A stretch of DNA of 64,000 nucleotides from Chiloscyllium plagiosum (taxonomy: Eukaryota), in assembly GCF_004010195.1 (NCBI RefSeq), contig NC_057759.1, positions 1,159,212 through 1,223,211 of the forward strand, given 5' to 3'. Below, in pieces: positions 40,480-53,838 of the stretch. Numbering within the stretch: the stretch's first letter is position 1; the number at the start of each line of letters is the position of its first letter. Position numbers and translations under genes: made by a program. The notes below the pieces were generated by a model. The model saw only the letters and a program-made list of their open reading frames with translations. It made no database searches and had not been told where the DNA came from.

Positions 40480-40920
40480 CCCCTCGGGAACGGGGCATGT
40501 TGTCACAGTCCGCTCTCCCTCGGCGCTTTTCCTTCCCGCGTGGCCCCGGCGCCATTTTAGCTTCAGGCCCCGCGCGAGATGGCGGTTAACGGCCGCCTCG
40601 TGCCCCAAGTGACCGTTAGCAGCTGCTTCAGGGGAAAGGCTCTTTAAAGGGACAACCCTTTCAGGAGAGAGAAACAACAGGGCCGGCTCCGGGACTCGCC
40701 AAACTCAATAATAATGACAAATACACTCACAGACAGAGAGGTGGGAGTGAACAAGAAATTGTGCGGCGGCACATCAAGACCAAAGGCCACTCTCCCGAAG
40801 GACGGCTGCCCCGGACTCGAAACGTTGACTCCGCTTTCTCTCTGTCTGTCTCTGGACAGAGGCTGCCAGGCCTGAAGCACAAACAAGGTCCTCGGCGGTG
40901 AGTCCGAGTTCAGGATCCTG
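40480..40920. promoter_or_regulatory. Small CpG island / candidate promoter
   Basis: Dense CpG; YY1-like CGCCATTTT (40550..40558) and AGATGGCGG (40577..40585) in opposite orientations; + strand donor GTGAGT at 40898..40903. Confidence 0.45.
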
Positions 40921-40924
40921 TTAA

Positions 40925-42150
40925 GGTTCGGTTGGCAGATGGATGACAGTGTGGGAGGGTATGCAATGGGATTAGAAGAATAGAGACAGAGACTGTTTCC
41001 TAAAATGGGGAAAGGTTTCGGAAATCTGAAGCACAAAGGGACTTGGGAGTCCGAGTTCAGGATTCTCTTCAGGTTAACAGGCAGGTTCAGTTGGCAGTTA
41101 GGAATGCAAATGTAATGTTAGCATTCATCTTGGGAGGGTTACAATACAAGAGCAGGGATGTACTGCTGAGGCTGCATAAGGATCTGGTCAGACCACATTT
41201 GGATCATTGTGAGCAGTATTGGACCCCTATCTCAGGAAGGATATGCTGAACTTGGAGGGAGTCCAGAGGGGGTTTACAAGAAAAATCCCAGGGATGAAGC
41301 ACTTCTCATATGAGGAGAGGTTGAGGACTCTGGTTCTAAACTCGATGGAGTTTAGAAAGATGAGAGAGAACCTAATTGAAACTTACAGAATATTGAGAGG
41401 TCCATTCAAGCATCTGTCTAGATACATCTTTATTTATGCTATCGTCTGGGAAAGTGTTTCTGAACAAACAGACCTAGGGCGTGCAGGAAGACAGTTTCTT
41501 AAATGTGGCATTTCAGCTTGACACTGTGGTGAAGTAAGCATTTGGCATGCTTGCCTTCACTGGTCAAAGCACTGACGTCAGGAGTTGGGGCATCATGTTA
41601 TACTGTACAGGCTGTTGGCGAGACCATTTTTAGAATACTGTGTACAGTCCTGGTCAACCTGCTGCAGAAAGGACGTCGTTAAGCTAGAAAGATTACAGAA
41701 AAGATTTACAAAGATGTTACCAAGGTTGCAGAGTTTGAGTTATAAGCAGAAGCTTCATAAGCTGGGAGGTTTTCTCCCCTGGAGTGTTGGAGGCTATGGG
41801 GTGACCTTATAGAGGTTATAAAATCACGAGGGACACAGAAAAGGTAAATAGGTATGGTCTTTTCCCCACTGGAGGGGTGTCAAAAACTAGTGGACATAGG
41901 TTTATGGTGAGAGGGAAAAGATTAAAAAGGGACCTGAGAGGCAAATGTATCACACAGAGGGCAACGAGTATATGGAATGAGTTGCCAGAGGAAGTGGTAG
42001 AGACTGGTACAATTACATGTAAGAAACATTTGTAAAGGTACATGGATAAGAAAGGTGCAGAGAAATATGGGCCAAATGCAGATAAATGGGACGAGTTGAA
42101 TTTGGGCAACCTTGGGCGAGTTGGGCTGATTCTGTGCTGCATGATTCTGT
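40925..42150 (+). mobile_element. Two CR1 LINE 3' fragments
   Basis: LVRPHLDHCEQYW, PYLRKDMLNLEGVQRGFT; LARPFLEYCVQSW, LERLQKRFTKMLP. Confidence 0.85.
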
Positions 42151-42859
42151 GAAAATGGATGAGAATAACAGACTTTGCCTGAAAGACAATCAGAATGTAC
42201 AGGAGGAGCTGTGAATATGTGGGGTCATTATACAGACCAATTTGTCTTGGCAAAGCACATGATTGGAACAAGTCAAAAACTGACCGTGACAAATATTATT
42301 TCTGTGTACTCTGAACAGGATGTGGCCATCTCTGCCAAGGTGGGAAGTGGATGCAATTCAGAAATGTCCTTGAACCAATCGACTTGCTCAGCCAGAAGGC
42401 AGTGAAGGGTTTGCAAAGGGTTAGGAATCATGTGCAGAGCAGAGCGGGTAAGGAGGTCAGATTTCACTCCTTTAAGGACCATCACAGACAGGAACAGGAG
42501 AAGGCCATTTGGCCCCTCGAGCCTGCTCATCCATTCAATAGCATTGTGGCTGATGCACCATTCCTCACGCTCACTTTGCTGCACTTAACATGTCACCCTC
42601 AATTCCCCGACTGATCAAGAATCTATCTATCCCAGCCTTAAACCTGCTCCCTGCCCCCACACACAGCTCTCTGTGGCAAGGACTTCCAAAGACTCTCAAC
42701 CCTCAGAGAGAAGAAATTGCTCCTCACCTCAATCTTCAATTTTGAACCAGATGATTGTTTGTTCCTGACAACAGTCATTAACTCCAGATCTGTTTTTGTT
42801 TAAAATCGCATTCCAAATCCACCACCTGCCAAAGCAAGGTTCAAATTCACATCTGCAGA

Positions 42860-43475
42860 ACAGTTTCACTTCTTTCATGTGTAAATCACAAAACCTTTTT
42901 TTTAGGCAAAGTTGCATTCTCAGGTTAGCTGTGAACAATGGTGATGGCTCGACAATATGTTGAAGGTGTTAGTACCCTGTGTTCTCTGTCTATGCCATGA
43001 TGTTTAGATTGCACAGTTACATTTTACATTGTTCAAAAACTGCATGAATTCATGTAAAACTCCATTATCTCATTTTTAAGATTAGAATCCATCTAAACAT
43101 CATGGCAGAGACAGAGAACACAGGGGGCTAACACTTTCAACATATTGTCTAGCTATCACCATTGTTAACAGCTAACCTGAGAATGCAACGTTGTTAATAA
43201 AAAAAGCTTTAGTGATTTATACATGAAAAAAGTGAAACTGTCATGGTATTCTAACAGATGAAAGGCTTAACAGACAATCAATTGATCAGTTACATCACAC
43301 TGTAAATGTTTGCTGTAAATTCTGTGTTAGGATTCAGCCCACCACTACCACCTGATGAAGGAGCGTTGCTCCGAAAGCTAGTGTGCTTCCAATTAAACCT
43401 GTTGGACTATAACCTGGTGTTGTGTGATTTTTAACTTTGTACACCCCAGTCCAACACCGGCATCTCCAAATCATG
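42860..43475 (+). mobile_element. Penelope-like element 3' part with inverted 5' segment
   Basis: 42860..43010 is an inverted repeat of ~43090..43240; ends in the terminal repeat ...ccagtccaacaccggcatctccaaatcat also seen at 63612 and, degenerate, at ~2065-2165; not in duplicon A. Confidence 0.75.
43349..43383 (+). ncRNA. Minimal type I hammerhead ribozyme (PLE-associated), apparently intact
   Basis: CAC-CTGATGA-A-GGAGC-GTT-GCTCC-GAAA-GCTA-GTG: stem I CAC/GTG, core CUGAUGA and GAAA, 5-bp stem II, palindromic AGCU in place of stem III, NUH = CUA. Confidence 0.72.
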
Positions 43476-46400
43476 ACTGCAGTCACATTGATAGCATTGA
43501 CTGGTTGAGATTGCTGTGAGTGATCATTCCCTGTGCTTTAGATGTGGTGTCCCTCAGGTTAAACCATAAAACAGTTGTTTGCTTTTTCTCCTCCACACCA
43601 CTTTCTTCTGCTCTCTAGTGAGACAATGGTGACTTTACATTAACCGCCTGCTAAAAACATAACTCTGCTGATTAAAAATTAACTGCCCTCTTTTTCACTG
43701 CAAAATAACTTGTATGTTTCCTCCCTGATGCACTATTGGAGTGAGCTGTAAATAAAAGAAAAGACACTTTACCAACGGTACATATCAAAATGAAGTCGGA
43801 GAGGGTGCACAGGGAGAATTACCAGGATATTGCCTTGGTTTCAGTGATTGAGAGAGGTTGGACAGACTGGGGTTGATGTCCTTACAGCAGAGTAGATTGA
43901 AAGAGAGGGATGTATAAAATGATGAGGGATGAAGATAGGGGAGGCAGGAAGAAACTTCCCTGCTTGATGGAGGTGGGGGAGGGGTATAGATTGAAGGTAA
44001 GGGCCAGGAAGTTTTGAAGGGATGTGAGGAAAATCTTGTTCACCCAGAGGGTGGTGTGCAATCTGGAAGTCACTGCCTGTAAGGATGGGAGACGCAGAAA
44101 CTCTCATCACATTGAAGGAGGATTTAAATGTGCACTTGTGACGTCAAGGCTATAGAGCCACGTGCTGGGGAAATGGGATAAGAGAATATCGAGGTGGTTG
44201 TTTCTGACCAGCACAGACGCGGGCCTTTTTATGGGTTTCAGACCTCTCGGAAATTATGATTAACTCACTTTGAGATGTGTAAACTACATCCAAGATACCA
44301 TCTAGAGGGATTTTGTACATTTCATGTTCAGAGATGAGGGGTTTGTTTTTGAAAGAGAGATTCAGCAGTTAAGGCCAATATGCTCTGGAGTTTAGAGGAA
44401 TAAAGGAGATCCAACTGAGGGCTATAGGGTGGTAAAGGAGGTGGGATTGACAAAGGAGACAGAGAGGCTGTTTCCTCAGGTGTGACAATTTCAAACGAGG
44501 GTCATTGTTTCAGGAGAAGGGGAATTTGCAGTGAGGCTGGGATGAGATCAGCCGCAGCTGTATAGAATGGGGTAAGCAGGGTCCTGTGGGCTCCTAGCCT
44601 GTATGTTGGGTTGATCGTCCAGCTGCCTGAACAGTCTTCAGTGTGGCTGGCTCATAGCACATGCTCAGAAAGCTCTGAATCTGAGGGCCTAAACTGTGTG
44701 ATGCATCACAGTCTATTCGTCTTTTAGTAAGATCATAAGATATAGCAGGCATTCGGCCCATCAAATCTGCTCCGCCATTCCATCATGGCTGATATGTTTG
44801 TTAACCCTATTTTCCTGCCTTCTCTCTGTAACAGTTGATCCTCCTACTGACCAAGAACCTATCTCTGTCTTAAAGACATAATGACAGCCATCTGCAGTAA
44901 TGAGTTCCACAGATTCTCCACTGTCTGCCTGAAGAAATTACTCCTCATCTCCGTTCTAAAGGGAGTTCCCATCACTCTGAGACTATGCCTTCGGGTCTTA
45001 GTCTCTCCTACTCGTGGAAACATCTTCTCTGTGTCCACTCTATCCGGGCCTCTCAGTATTCTCCAAGTTTCAACCAGATTCACCCTCACCATTCTAAACA
45101 AGTCCCGACTCATATTCCTCAACTTCTCCTTGTATGAAAAGCTCTTCATCCCTTGGATTTTTCTTGTAAATCCTTCTGCAGCCTTACCCCTTCCTCAATA
45201 CGACCTATCCTTCCACCTATTGTTGTATCATCAAAGAAACACTCAGGGCAATGAAATGAAACACTCCTCATGTGAATGATGCCAGACACAGAGCGAATGG
45301 CTCCTTGCCCCAAAGACCAAGGCCAGAAAGGACCATTCTCAAGCAATAAGCTGTTGTACTGGGGCAATCTACAGATTGATGTCCCAGGGCCTAAAGTGTA
45401 GGTATCCCCTGAAAACAAGATGCAAGGTAAAGAAATTAGCCATCAGTGTAATGTTCCCTCTTCCAATTCACATTGCCCTGTTGTTAATTTAGTTGACATA
45501 GATGGAATATCTCCATGATTTCGATGATTGCAAACACAATCGATAATTAGTAAATTCAAATGTAAAAAGATTCAAAAAGCTTGGGCAGATCTTCGCTCCA
45601 TGCTATAAGCAAGAGAAACACTGGTGATGTTTAAAAGTGGCTGGGTTTTTGAGGGGTAAGATAAACCAGAGAAAATCTCCACTTTCCCTGAACCAGAAAT
45701 GTTATAAAGTGTATATATATTTTATTCTTTATCAACCTTTCTTGGTTTTGAGATGGTGAAAACTGAGTACACCAAACTGCTATCTGTTTCAGAGTCATCT
45801 ATAATCAAAAAACAACAAGCAAAGTGAATCAAAAGGTTAGAGATCAGAATGTTAAAATAATAGCAAACTATGCCTCAAAATTAAATACGGACTGATAATT
45901 AAGGTCACAGCCCCAACCCAACAGTAATATAAACTTCAGCTCTTGGCGATATAGAAACATTTTCAAAGCAGTTCATGAACCAGGTGACTCAATAACATCG
46001 AATGTGTATTTTGCACCAACATTCACTACAAAGTTTGTGCCTACCCTCTCTGAACAAGCTCACAGAGGGAAGCTGGAGGCCTGGGGTAATTTACAACCTT
46101 TTTTATTATTAATCACTCATGACACATGGGCATCACCCACTAGACCCTGTGCTTATTGCCCAGTTACCTACTTGAGTAGGTAGGGATAAGCTGCTTTCTT
46201 GAACTGCTGCAGTCCATGCACTGTAGGTAGACACACACTGCCCTGAGGGAGGGAATTCCAGGATTTTGACCCAATGACACCAGAGGAACAGTGTTAATAT
46301 TTCCAAGCAGGACAGTGAGTGGCCCAAAGAGGAACTTGTAGAGGGTGGGTGTTCCTACGTATCTGCTGCACATGTCATTCTAGAAAGAAGTAGTCATGGG

Positions 46401-47094
46401 TTTTGAAGGTGTTGCCTGAGAATCTCTGGTGTATTTTCGCAGTGCATCTTGGTATTTCTGCGACTGAGCACGGGTAATAGAGGGAGTAGATGCTTGTGTA
46501 TCTGGTTCCAATTAAGTGGGGACTGCTTTTTCCCTCGATGATGTTGAGCTTCTCGAATATTGTTGGGGCTGCAACCATCCAGGCAAGTAGGGAGCATTCC
46601 ATCACACTCTTGACTTGAGACTGAGATACTTGGAATGGCTCAATCAGGGAAGCCTCTAACCATATATGTCCCTCTAAGGAATAAAGGAATAAAATCACAA
46701 AGAATCAATATTGTTCTACCTTCCTCAGATGGATCCGAGGGTCTACCCTATGATTTCCAAGTTCAGTCACACCCATGCACACAGCCTCTCTCAGATATAC
46801 GGAAAGCCTTTGACTTTTTGCCGTTTAGTAATAATTTTCAAAGTACCCCCCCTTGTTTGAGGATCTCAAGGTTTTTAAACAAAATGATTAGTTGCCATCC
46901 TGTATCCCTGTGTTCTTTACTGAAGAGTACATGGCTCCAGCACAGCTTAAAACTAAAGGGTCAAAAGAAAAGATGGAAAGTTGTCTTCAACAGCAGTCAG
47001 ACAGTCCCCAGGTGGCAAATAATATCTGTCCCTGCTGAGTTTCTCCAACAATTTCTGTATTTCTTTTCATTCCTGACATTCATTGCCTGAAGAA

Positions 47095-48720
47095 AGCTAA
47101 TGGAAGGCTGGCCTTTATATAGAGAGGACTGGAGTACAGGCTGCAGAAGGGATGCTGCAGTTATACAAAACCCTGGTTAGACCCCACTTGGAGCAGATCT
47201 GGGCACCACACCTGAGGAAGGATAGATTGGCCTGGGAGTACAGCGTGAGTTTACAAGATTGATACTTGGGCTTCAGGGGTTAAATTATGAGGAGAGATTA
47301 CACAAACTGAGCCCGTTCTGTCCAGAATTTACAGGGTTTAGGGATGATCTAATCAAAGATATTAACAGGAGAAGACAGGGATAGAAATTGAAAGCGTTTC
47401 CACTGGTTGGGGATCCTTGAACTAGGCAGGGCACTGCTGGAGAATTAGGGCCAGACTGTTCAAGAGAGATGTTAGGAAGTACTACTACGCACAAAGGCTG
47501 GGAGAGGTTTGGAACTCTCTTCCACAAACAGTAGGCATTGATGGATCAGTTGTTACTTTTAAATCTGAGAGAATTTTTTTGTTATTGTTCAACAAAGTTA
47601 TTAAAGGGGACAGAGGTCACAGGCAGGTCTATGGAGTCAGGTCACAGATCTGCCATTGAATGGTGGAACAGGATCAAGGGGCTGAATGGCTTCCTCCTGC
47701 TCCTTTATACAAATATTTCACATTAATAAATCATGGCATCCCCTGCAGTTACAAAGTGGCATTTCAAATAGAAACTGAAAGTCCAAATATTTTATTTTCA
47801 CATGTTCCAGATTCCCACCATTCTCTGGGTGAAACAGTCCTCAAATCCCTCTCTCAACCTCTTACCCTTCACTTTAAAATGATGTCCCCGCCTTGTTACT
47901 GACCCTTTTACTAAGGGAAACAGCTGCTTCCTGTCCCCCTGTCCATGTCCCTCATAATAGCATCATAGAGTCATACAGCAAGAAAACAGACCCTTCAGTC
48001 CAACTAGTCCATGCCGTCCATAATCTCAACCTAAATTAGTCTAACTTGTTTGCACTTGGCCCATATCTCTCCAAACCTTTCCTTATCTAAATGTCTTTTA
48101 AACATTAGATTAGATTAGATTAGATTAACCACTGTGCCACCGTGCCACCCACATTATAACTATCCTTTTATCCGCCACTTGGTGTGGAAGTTAAATCCAT
48201 ACTTGAACCACTTGCCATGAAAATGTTGCCCATCATTTTGTTTTTAAAAATGTTTTTCCTCTCACCTGAAAAATAAGTCCACTGATCTTGAAGTCCCCCA
48301 CCCTTGGGGAAAGACACCTGCCATTCACCTCATCTATGCACATCATGATTTCATAAACCTCCATACCCCTCAAACTTCTGTGGTCCAGTTAAAATAGTCC
48401 CAGCCAATCTAGGTTCTCTTTATAACTCAATCGTTCCATTCCTAATGACATACTAATTTATCGTTTCAGAACCTTCTCCAGTATAACAATTTCCTTCCCA
48501 TAACAGGGCAACCAGAACTGGACGCAATACACCAGAACAGGCTTCACCAGTGTCCTGTACAACTACAGCATGGTGTTCAAACTCCAACACTCAATGGTGT
48601 GAGCAATGAAGGCAAGTGTTCTAAACACCTTCTCAAACACCCTGTTGACCTGTGACACAAACTCTGAAGAATTATATACTGAACCCGTAGGTCTCGCTGC
48701 TGTACAAAACTACCAATCTT
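47095..48720. mobile_element. CR1 3' fragments (+ 47095-47705; - 47960-48720)
   Basis: ttatacaaaaccctggttagaccccacttggag (LYKTLVRPHLE) on +; tail and RT C-terminus on -. Confidence 0.75.
48107..48150 (-). mobile_element. 44-bp head+tail HE1 mini-SINE with 5-bp TSD
   Basis: gggtggcacggtggcacagtggt fused to (taatc)4; ACATT at 48102..48106 and 48151..48155; empty site aaacattgtaac in duplicon A (~24131). Confidence 0.85.
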
Positions 48721-51166
48721 ACAGACCTCTATCATGACCCGTCCACCATCAACCTTCTCTGTTGTTCAGGAAACAACCCAAACTTCCTTCCAACGCTTCC
48801 AGAGATTTGTTTTTGTTGATCTTCCCAATCAGATGAATACCAGCATGAACACTGACCAAGACATGATGATGTAGGATCAGCAGCTCACAGATTCACATTC
48901 AGCATTCAATAGATTTGACCTGATCTCTGCATATTCGAAATTTCTTGCAGGTCTGTCCTCATCGTGCCCTCAGCTCGACTTCCCATCACCTCCCTTGGAA
49001 TGAAATATTTCCAGACCATTACCCAACTGAGTCCCAATCCCACTCGTGACAACAATTTACTGCTGTTTGTGTGCAAAAATCCCTGGCAACAAGGTCACTG
49101 AGCCAAGGTCCCAAGAAATGACCTCCTGGAATTGTCCGGAATCTGGTTCAGAACTTCTATGTTTCATTGAATCATAAACTTCTACTGTATGGAAGGAGGC
49201 CATTCGTGTCTGTGCCAGCTCCTGAATGAGCTACCCAGGTAGTCCCACTCTCCAGCCCTATCTCTGTCGCCCTCTAACGTCATCCCTTTTAAATTTATAT
49301 CCAGCTCTCTTTTCGAACCTCCTATGGAATCTGCCTCCTAACCCAATAGGTTTCTCCTCATCTCACTTTCTCACTGACCATCTTAAAATTCTTTCCAGCC
49401 AGTTACTAATAAACCAATGAATGGGAAACAATAACTTGCTTTCCCATCCGAATTGTTCAAATTTTCAACGCCTCAATAAAGTCACCAATTTATCTTCTCT
49501 GCTCGAAAGAGAATAAGCTCAATCTCCTGAACCTTGCCCTGTACCTAAAATCCCTCATCGTTGGTATCATTCTCGTACATCTCCTTCACAGTGTCTTGCA
49601 GGGTCTGAACAGTCTTCCTTAAATAAGGTGTCCAGAACAGAATGAAACCAGCCTGAGTAATGGAGTGCCAACTCCCTTTGTCAAATGTATTTCTAAATTC
49701 AGCTTCTGTTGCCTGTGACGGTAAGGTGTTATACACTTACAAAGAAATACCCAACAGAGCAAAGGTTTATCTCCAACATGATCTACTATTCTCCATTCAA
49801 TACTTGTGCTGTCACCGGAATTAATTTCTTTTCTGCCCTCTGCTTTTTGTTGGGTTAGCTCATTTGGCTGGATGTCTGGTTTGAAATGTGGAGAAAGATT
49901 GACAGAGTGGGTTTAAATCTCTCACTGTCTGAGGTTACCATGAAGGACTATCCTTCTCCATCTCTTTGCCTCATATGAGGCATGCTAACCCTCAGGTTAA
50001 ACCACCGCCTATCAGTCATCACTCTCTCATCTCTCTCTCTCTCTCTCTCTCTGACACTCCAGCTGAGGTCCACCAGTGTCTTGTACAAATTCAACATCAC
50101 CTCCTTGTTCTTGGTCTCTATGTCCCTATTACTAAAGCCGAGGATGCTGTGTATTTTATTAACTGCTCTCCCCCTGTTATGCCACCTTGACTGATCTGTG
50201 GACATATACCCCCAGGTTCCCTCTGCTCCTCACCCACTTTAGTCCTCGGGGTGAGGGGAGTGATCACACAGATTTACAACCCCTTCCTCATTTGAAATAA
50301 TTCATTCCTCCTTATCTCTGTTTTCAATCTGCCCAGCCCCTTATCCTGAACCGATAAACTCTCGTTCTAAATTCTCCCACATGAGCAAACATCCTCTCTT
50401 CATCTCCTTTGTCAATACCCCCTTTAGCATCTTATAGCCCTCAGTTAGTTTTCCTCTCTTCCAAACTCCAGAGAAACTGCTCAATCTTTCATCTAAGGCA
50501 AACCCTTCATCGCTGGAAATGACTGGGTGAATCTCTTCTGAACTGTCTCTGTCCTCAAGTAAAGAGATCAAAATTGTACCAGTCTGTTCTCATACGACTA
50601 ACCTTTCACCTTGGCAACCAATTCAGTGATCTCCTTTGAACTCCCTCCAACTCAACTACATCCCTCCTCAAGGAAGGGGACCAAAACTGTCTGCAGTACT
50701 CCGGATGTCGAAACCCCAATCCCTTGTACAGTTGCAGCAACAATTACCTAATTCCATACTCCATTCCTTTTTGCACTAAAAGCCTTCCTTGTGACCTGCT
50801 GTAGCCTGTACACTACTTTAAGATTCATGCACACGGACATCCTGATCCCTTTGCACTGACATTTTGAACTTTGTCTCCTATTGAAATGATAACTTGCCTT
50901 TTTCAATTCTTCCAACTGCAATGGATAACCTCACCACTGATGGGACTGACCAACGCTCAGTTCAGTGTCTAATGGAAATTGAGAGCGTGTCCTCGATTTG
51001 AACTGTTGTGCTTTAGATTTGCAAACGAGTCAGACACCACGATCCATTTGCTCCAATTTGTCTAATAAATGTACAATTGCTGGGTTTGGACCCCAGAGTG
51101 ATTTTTCAGCCCATTCGGACGGTGTTTGAATGCTGTTACAAGTTGCTAACCACCTCACTAACTTAC

Positions 51167-51197
51167 TTGTGCCGCTGGGAACAGCTGGAAGAATCAG
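51167..51197 (-). other. Candidate 31-bp cytoplasmic micro-exon of the IgSF gene (copy B only)
   Basis: Strong acceptor ctttctctctcattttctccag| and consensus donor |gtaagt, 1.3 kb downstream of the TM exon; region deleted in copy A. Confidence 0.45.
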
Positions 51198-51327
51198 CTG
51201 GAGAAAATGAGAGAGAAAGAATATGTTTTGACTGTAAATATTCAGCTTCAGCTGCTAGCAAATGAATCTGGATTCCTTGACTGATGCACAATCAACAATT
51301 ATTCAAATTTTAATCTTTAGTTTATAA

Positions 51328-51661
51328 TTAGATTAGATTAGATTACTTACATGATTAGATTACTTATAGTGTGGAAACAGGCCCTTCGGCCCAACAAGTC
51401 CACACCGACCCGCCGAAGCGTAACCCACCCGTACCCCTAGACCCACCCCTTACCTAACACTACGGGCAATTTAGCATGGCCAATTCACCTGACCTGCACA
51501 TCTTTGGACTGTAGGAGGAAACCGGAGCACCCGGAGGAAACCCACGCAGACACGGGGAGAACGTGCAAACTCCACACAGTCAGTCGCCTGAGGCGGGAAT
51601 TGAACCCGGGTCTTTGGCGCTGTGAGGCAGCAGTGCTAACCACTGTGCCACCATGCCGCCC
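51328..51661 (-). mobile_element. HE1-type V-SINE, full length
   Basis: Reverse complement of head, V-domain and tail with (taatc)n. Confidence 0.92.
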
Positions 51662-52506
51662 AATTGTGCTGACCATTCCTCTGAACACAACACATTACTT
51701 TGTATGTCTCCCCAAGTAATTTCATCTGCCACTTGTTCAGCCTGCCCATATTCTCACAAAGTATGTTCCCACACTTTTTTTTCAATTCACTGGTGGGTTG
51801 CGGAAATCACTGGCTTGGCTGTCAATTTATTATCCATCCCTCATTGGCCCCTTGAGGAGGAGGTAGTGAGCTGCCTTCTTGAACCACTGCAGTTCCTGTG
51901 CTATAGGTAGACCCAAGATACCATTAGAGAGGGAATTCTAGGGTATTGACCAAGCAACACTAAATGAACAGCAGATATATTTCCAAGTTGGGATGGTGAG
52001 TGGCTCAGGGGCAAACTTGCAGAAGGTGGTATTCTCATGTACCTGCTGTCCTTGAACTTCTAGATGGAAGTGGTTGTGGGTTTGGATGGTGCTGCCTAAG
52101 GAACTTTGGTGAATTTCTGCAGTGCATCTCACAGATGGTATACACTGCTACTGAGCATGGGTGGAGAGAGTGGATGTTTGTGGATGTGGTGCAAATCAAG
52201 CAGGGGCTATGTTGTCTCTGGATGGTGTTCAGCTTCTCAAGTGTTGTGTACAAGGTGAACTGCAGAAGTGAGTGAGTGTTTATGTGCGTGCACATGAATG
52301 TGTGTGTGTGTGTGTGTCAGTCAATGAGAATGTCTGTGTTTCTCTTTCACACACATGCACATCTTCATACTCTCACTCAAACGCACTCGCACTCATGCTC
52401 TTTCATACACACATCCTCATACACTGTCTGTGAGCAATATTAGTTGAAACCCACGTTGAGTCTCAACTGGAAACGATCACCAGTGTTACCTGCTGGAGTG
52501 TCTCAC

Positions 52507-52633
52507 CCACATTGTTTCCTGTTCCGGAGTTTAATGGGAAGCAACATGACAAGAGAAAGGATCAGAAACAGTGGGACAATGAGTACTGCCATCTCAGCGC
52601 TGTGTTCCTGTGCTGGATTCAGAGAGGGATTTC
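52507..52633 (-). pseudogene. Transmembrane exon of FCRL-like gene, copy B (frame open)
   Basis: ttgacag| GNPSLNPAQEHSAE-MAVLIVPLFLILSLVMLLPI-KLRNRKQCG |gtgaga: 20 hydrophobic residues then basic stop-transfer. Confidence 0.68.
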
Positions 52634-53838
52634 CTGTCAATAACATCGTTGCTTCAGCAAACACCAATCCCAGTGTTTCCTGTTCCCTGTTGCCCTTACC
52701 CCCTGCCAACACCCGTCCATTTGGAGGGAAACCCCTGTATCTGTGAAATTTACTCCATATCCTCACCATTGCAGTGACATCACTGTTTCTGAGCAGCCTG
52801 TCTCATTAACAACATCCCACCAATCCAACCCAAACTATTCCATGCTAAACTCACAAGATCACTCTGCACTCACATCTCTAGAAATTGTCGAATAGAAATT
52901 ACTGTCCCTCATTTTCACAGCCTACATATATCGAGGCGAAACTTCCCTTTGTCCTCCACCTGTCAGCAGCAATTGGACCATTCACAGAGAAACATCGAAA
53001 ATATGATCGTGAGGAGGCCTTTTGGCTCCTCCAGCCTGCTCCGCCCATTCAATGAGATCATGGCTGATTACCCAACTTGATCCTGTATCCCCCTGCGCTA
53101 TCCCTTAAGCTCCTAAGAACTCTATCAACTCCTTCCTGAATAACATGCAGTATTCTGGCCCTGACTGCTTTCTGTGGCAGAGAATTCCACAGGCTCTCCA
53201 CTCTCTGCATGAAGAAATTTCTCCCCATCTCAGTCCTGCCCAGTTTCCTTTAGACTGTGACCCCCTCGTTCTGGACTCTCTACCCGGTCACTGGGAACAC
53301 CCTTCCTGTGTTCACTCTGTCTCGTCCTTGTTCAAATTGAGAGGTTTCTATGGGATTTCTCCTTAATTCTTCCAAACTCCAGTGAATATCATCATAACCA
53401 ATCCAGTCTCTCTCCATCCGTCAGACCTGCCATCCCAGGAATCACCCATGGAAACCTTTGCTGTACATCCTCATAAGGAGATCCCAAACTGCGCACACAG
53501 TTTGGGATCCAGGGTGTGGTCTAATTGTAGCCAACCACCCCTGTTCCTGGACTTCAATCCTCTTGCTATGAAGGCCTCCCTTATCTGAGAAAGGATGTTA
53601 CTCTCTCTCTCTCTCTCTCTCTCTCTTCCCCGCCCCATCCCGCAAAGCTGCTGCCATACATTCTGGGTTTTTCCAGCACTTTGTGTTTATAACCTGTAAC
53701 ATTAACCCTCTCTCTCTCTCCACAGATGCTGCAGACCTGCTGAGTTTCTGAAGCAAGTTTTTAAAGAGTGTTTATGTCATGTTTTCAGCCGGACCCCAGT
53801 GAAGAACGAGTACTGATCACGGATGAAGAATGGATTAC

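Noticed and set aside
50930-51062. Possible further cytoplasmic exon of the IgSF gene (donor gtgagg; partial paralogue ~30925-30995)
   Set aside because: All three frames stop and no ITIM/ITAM motif is discernible
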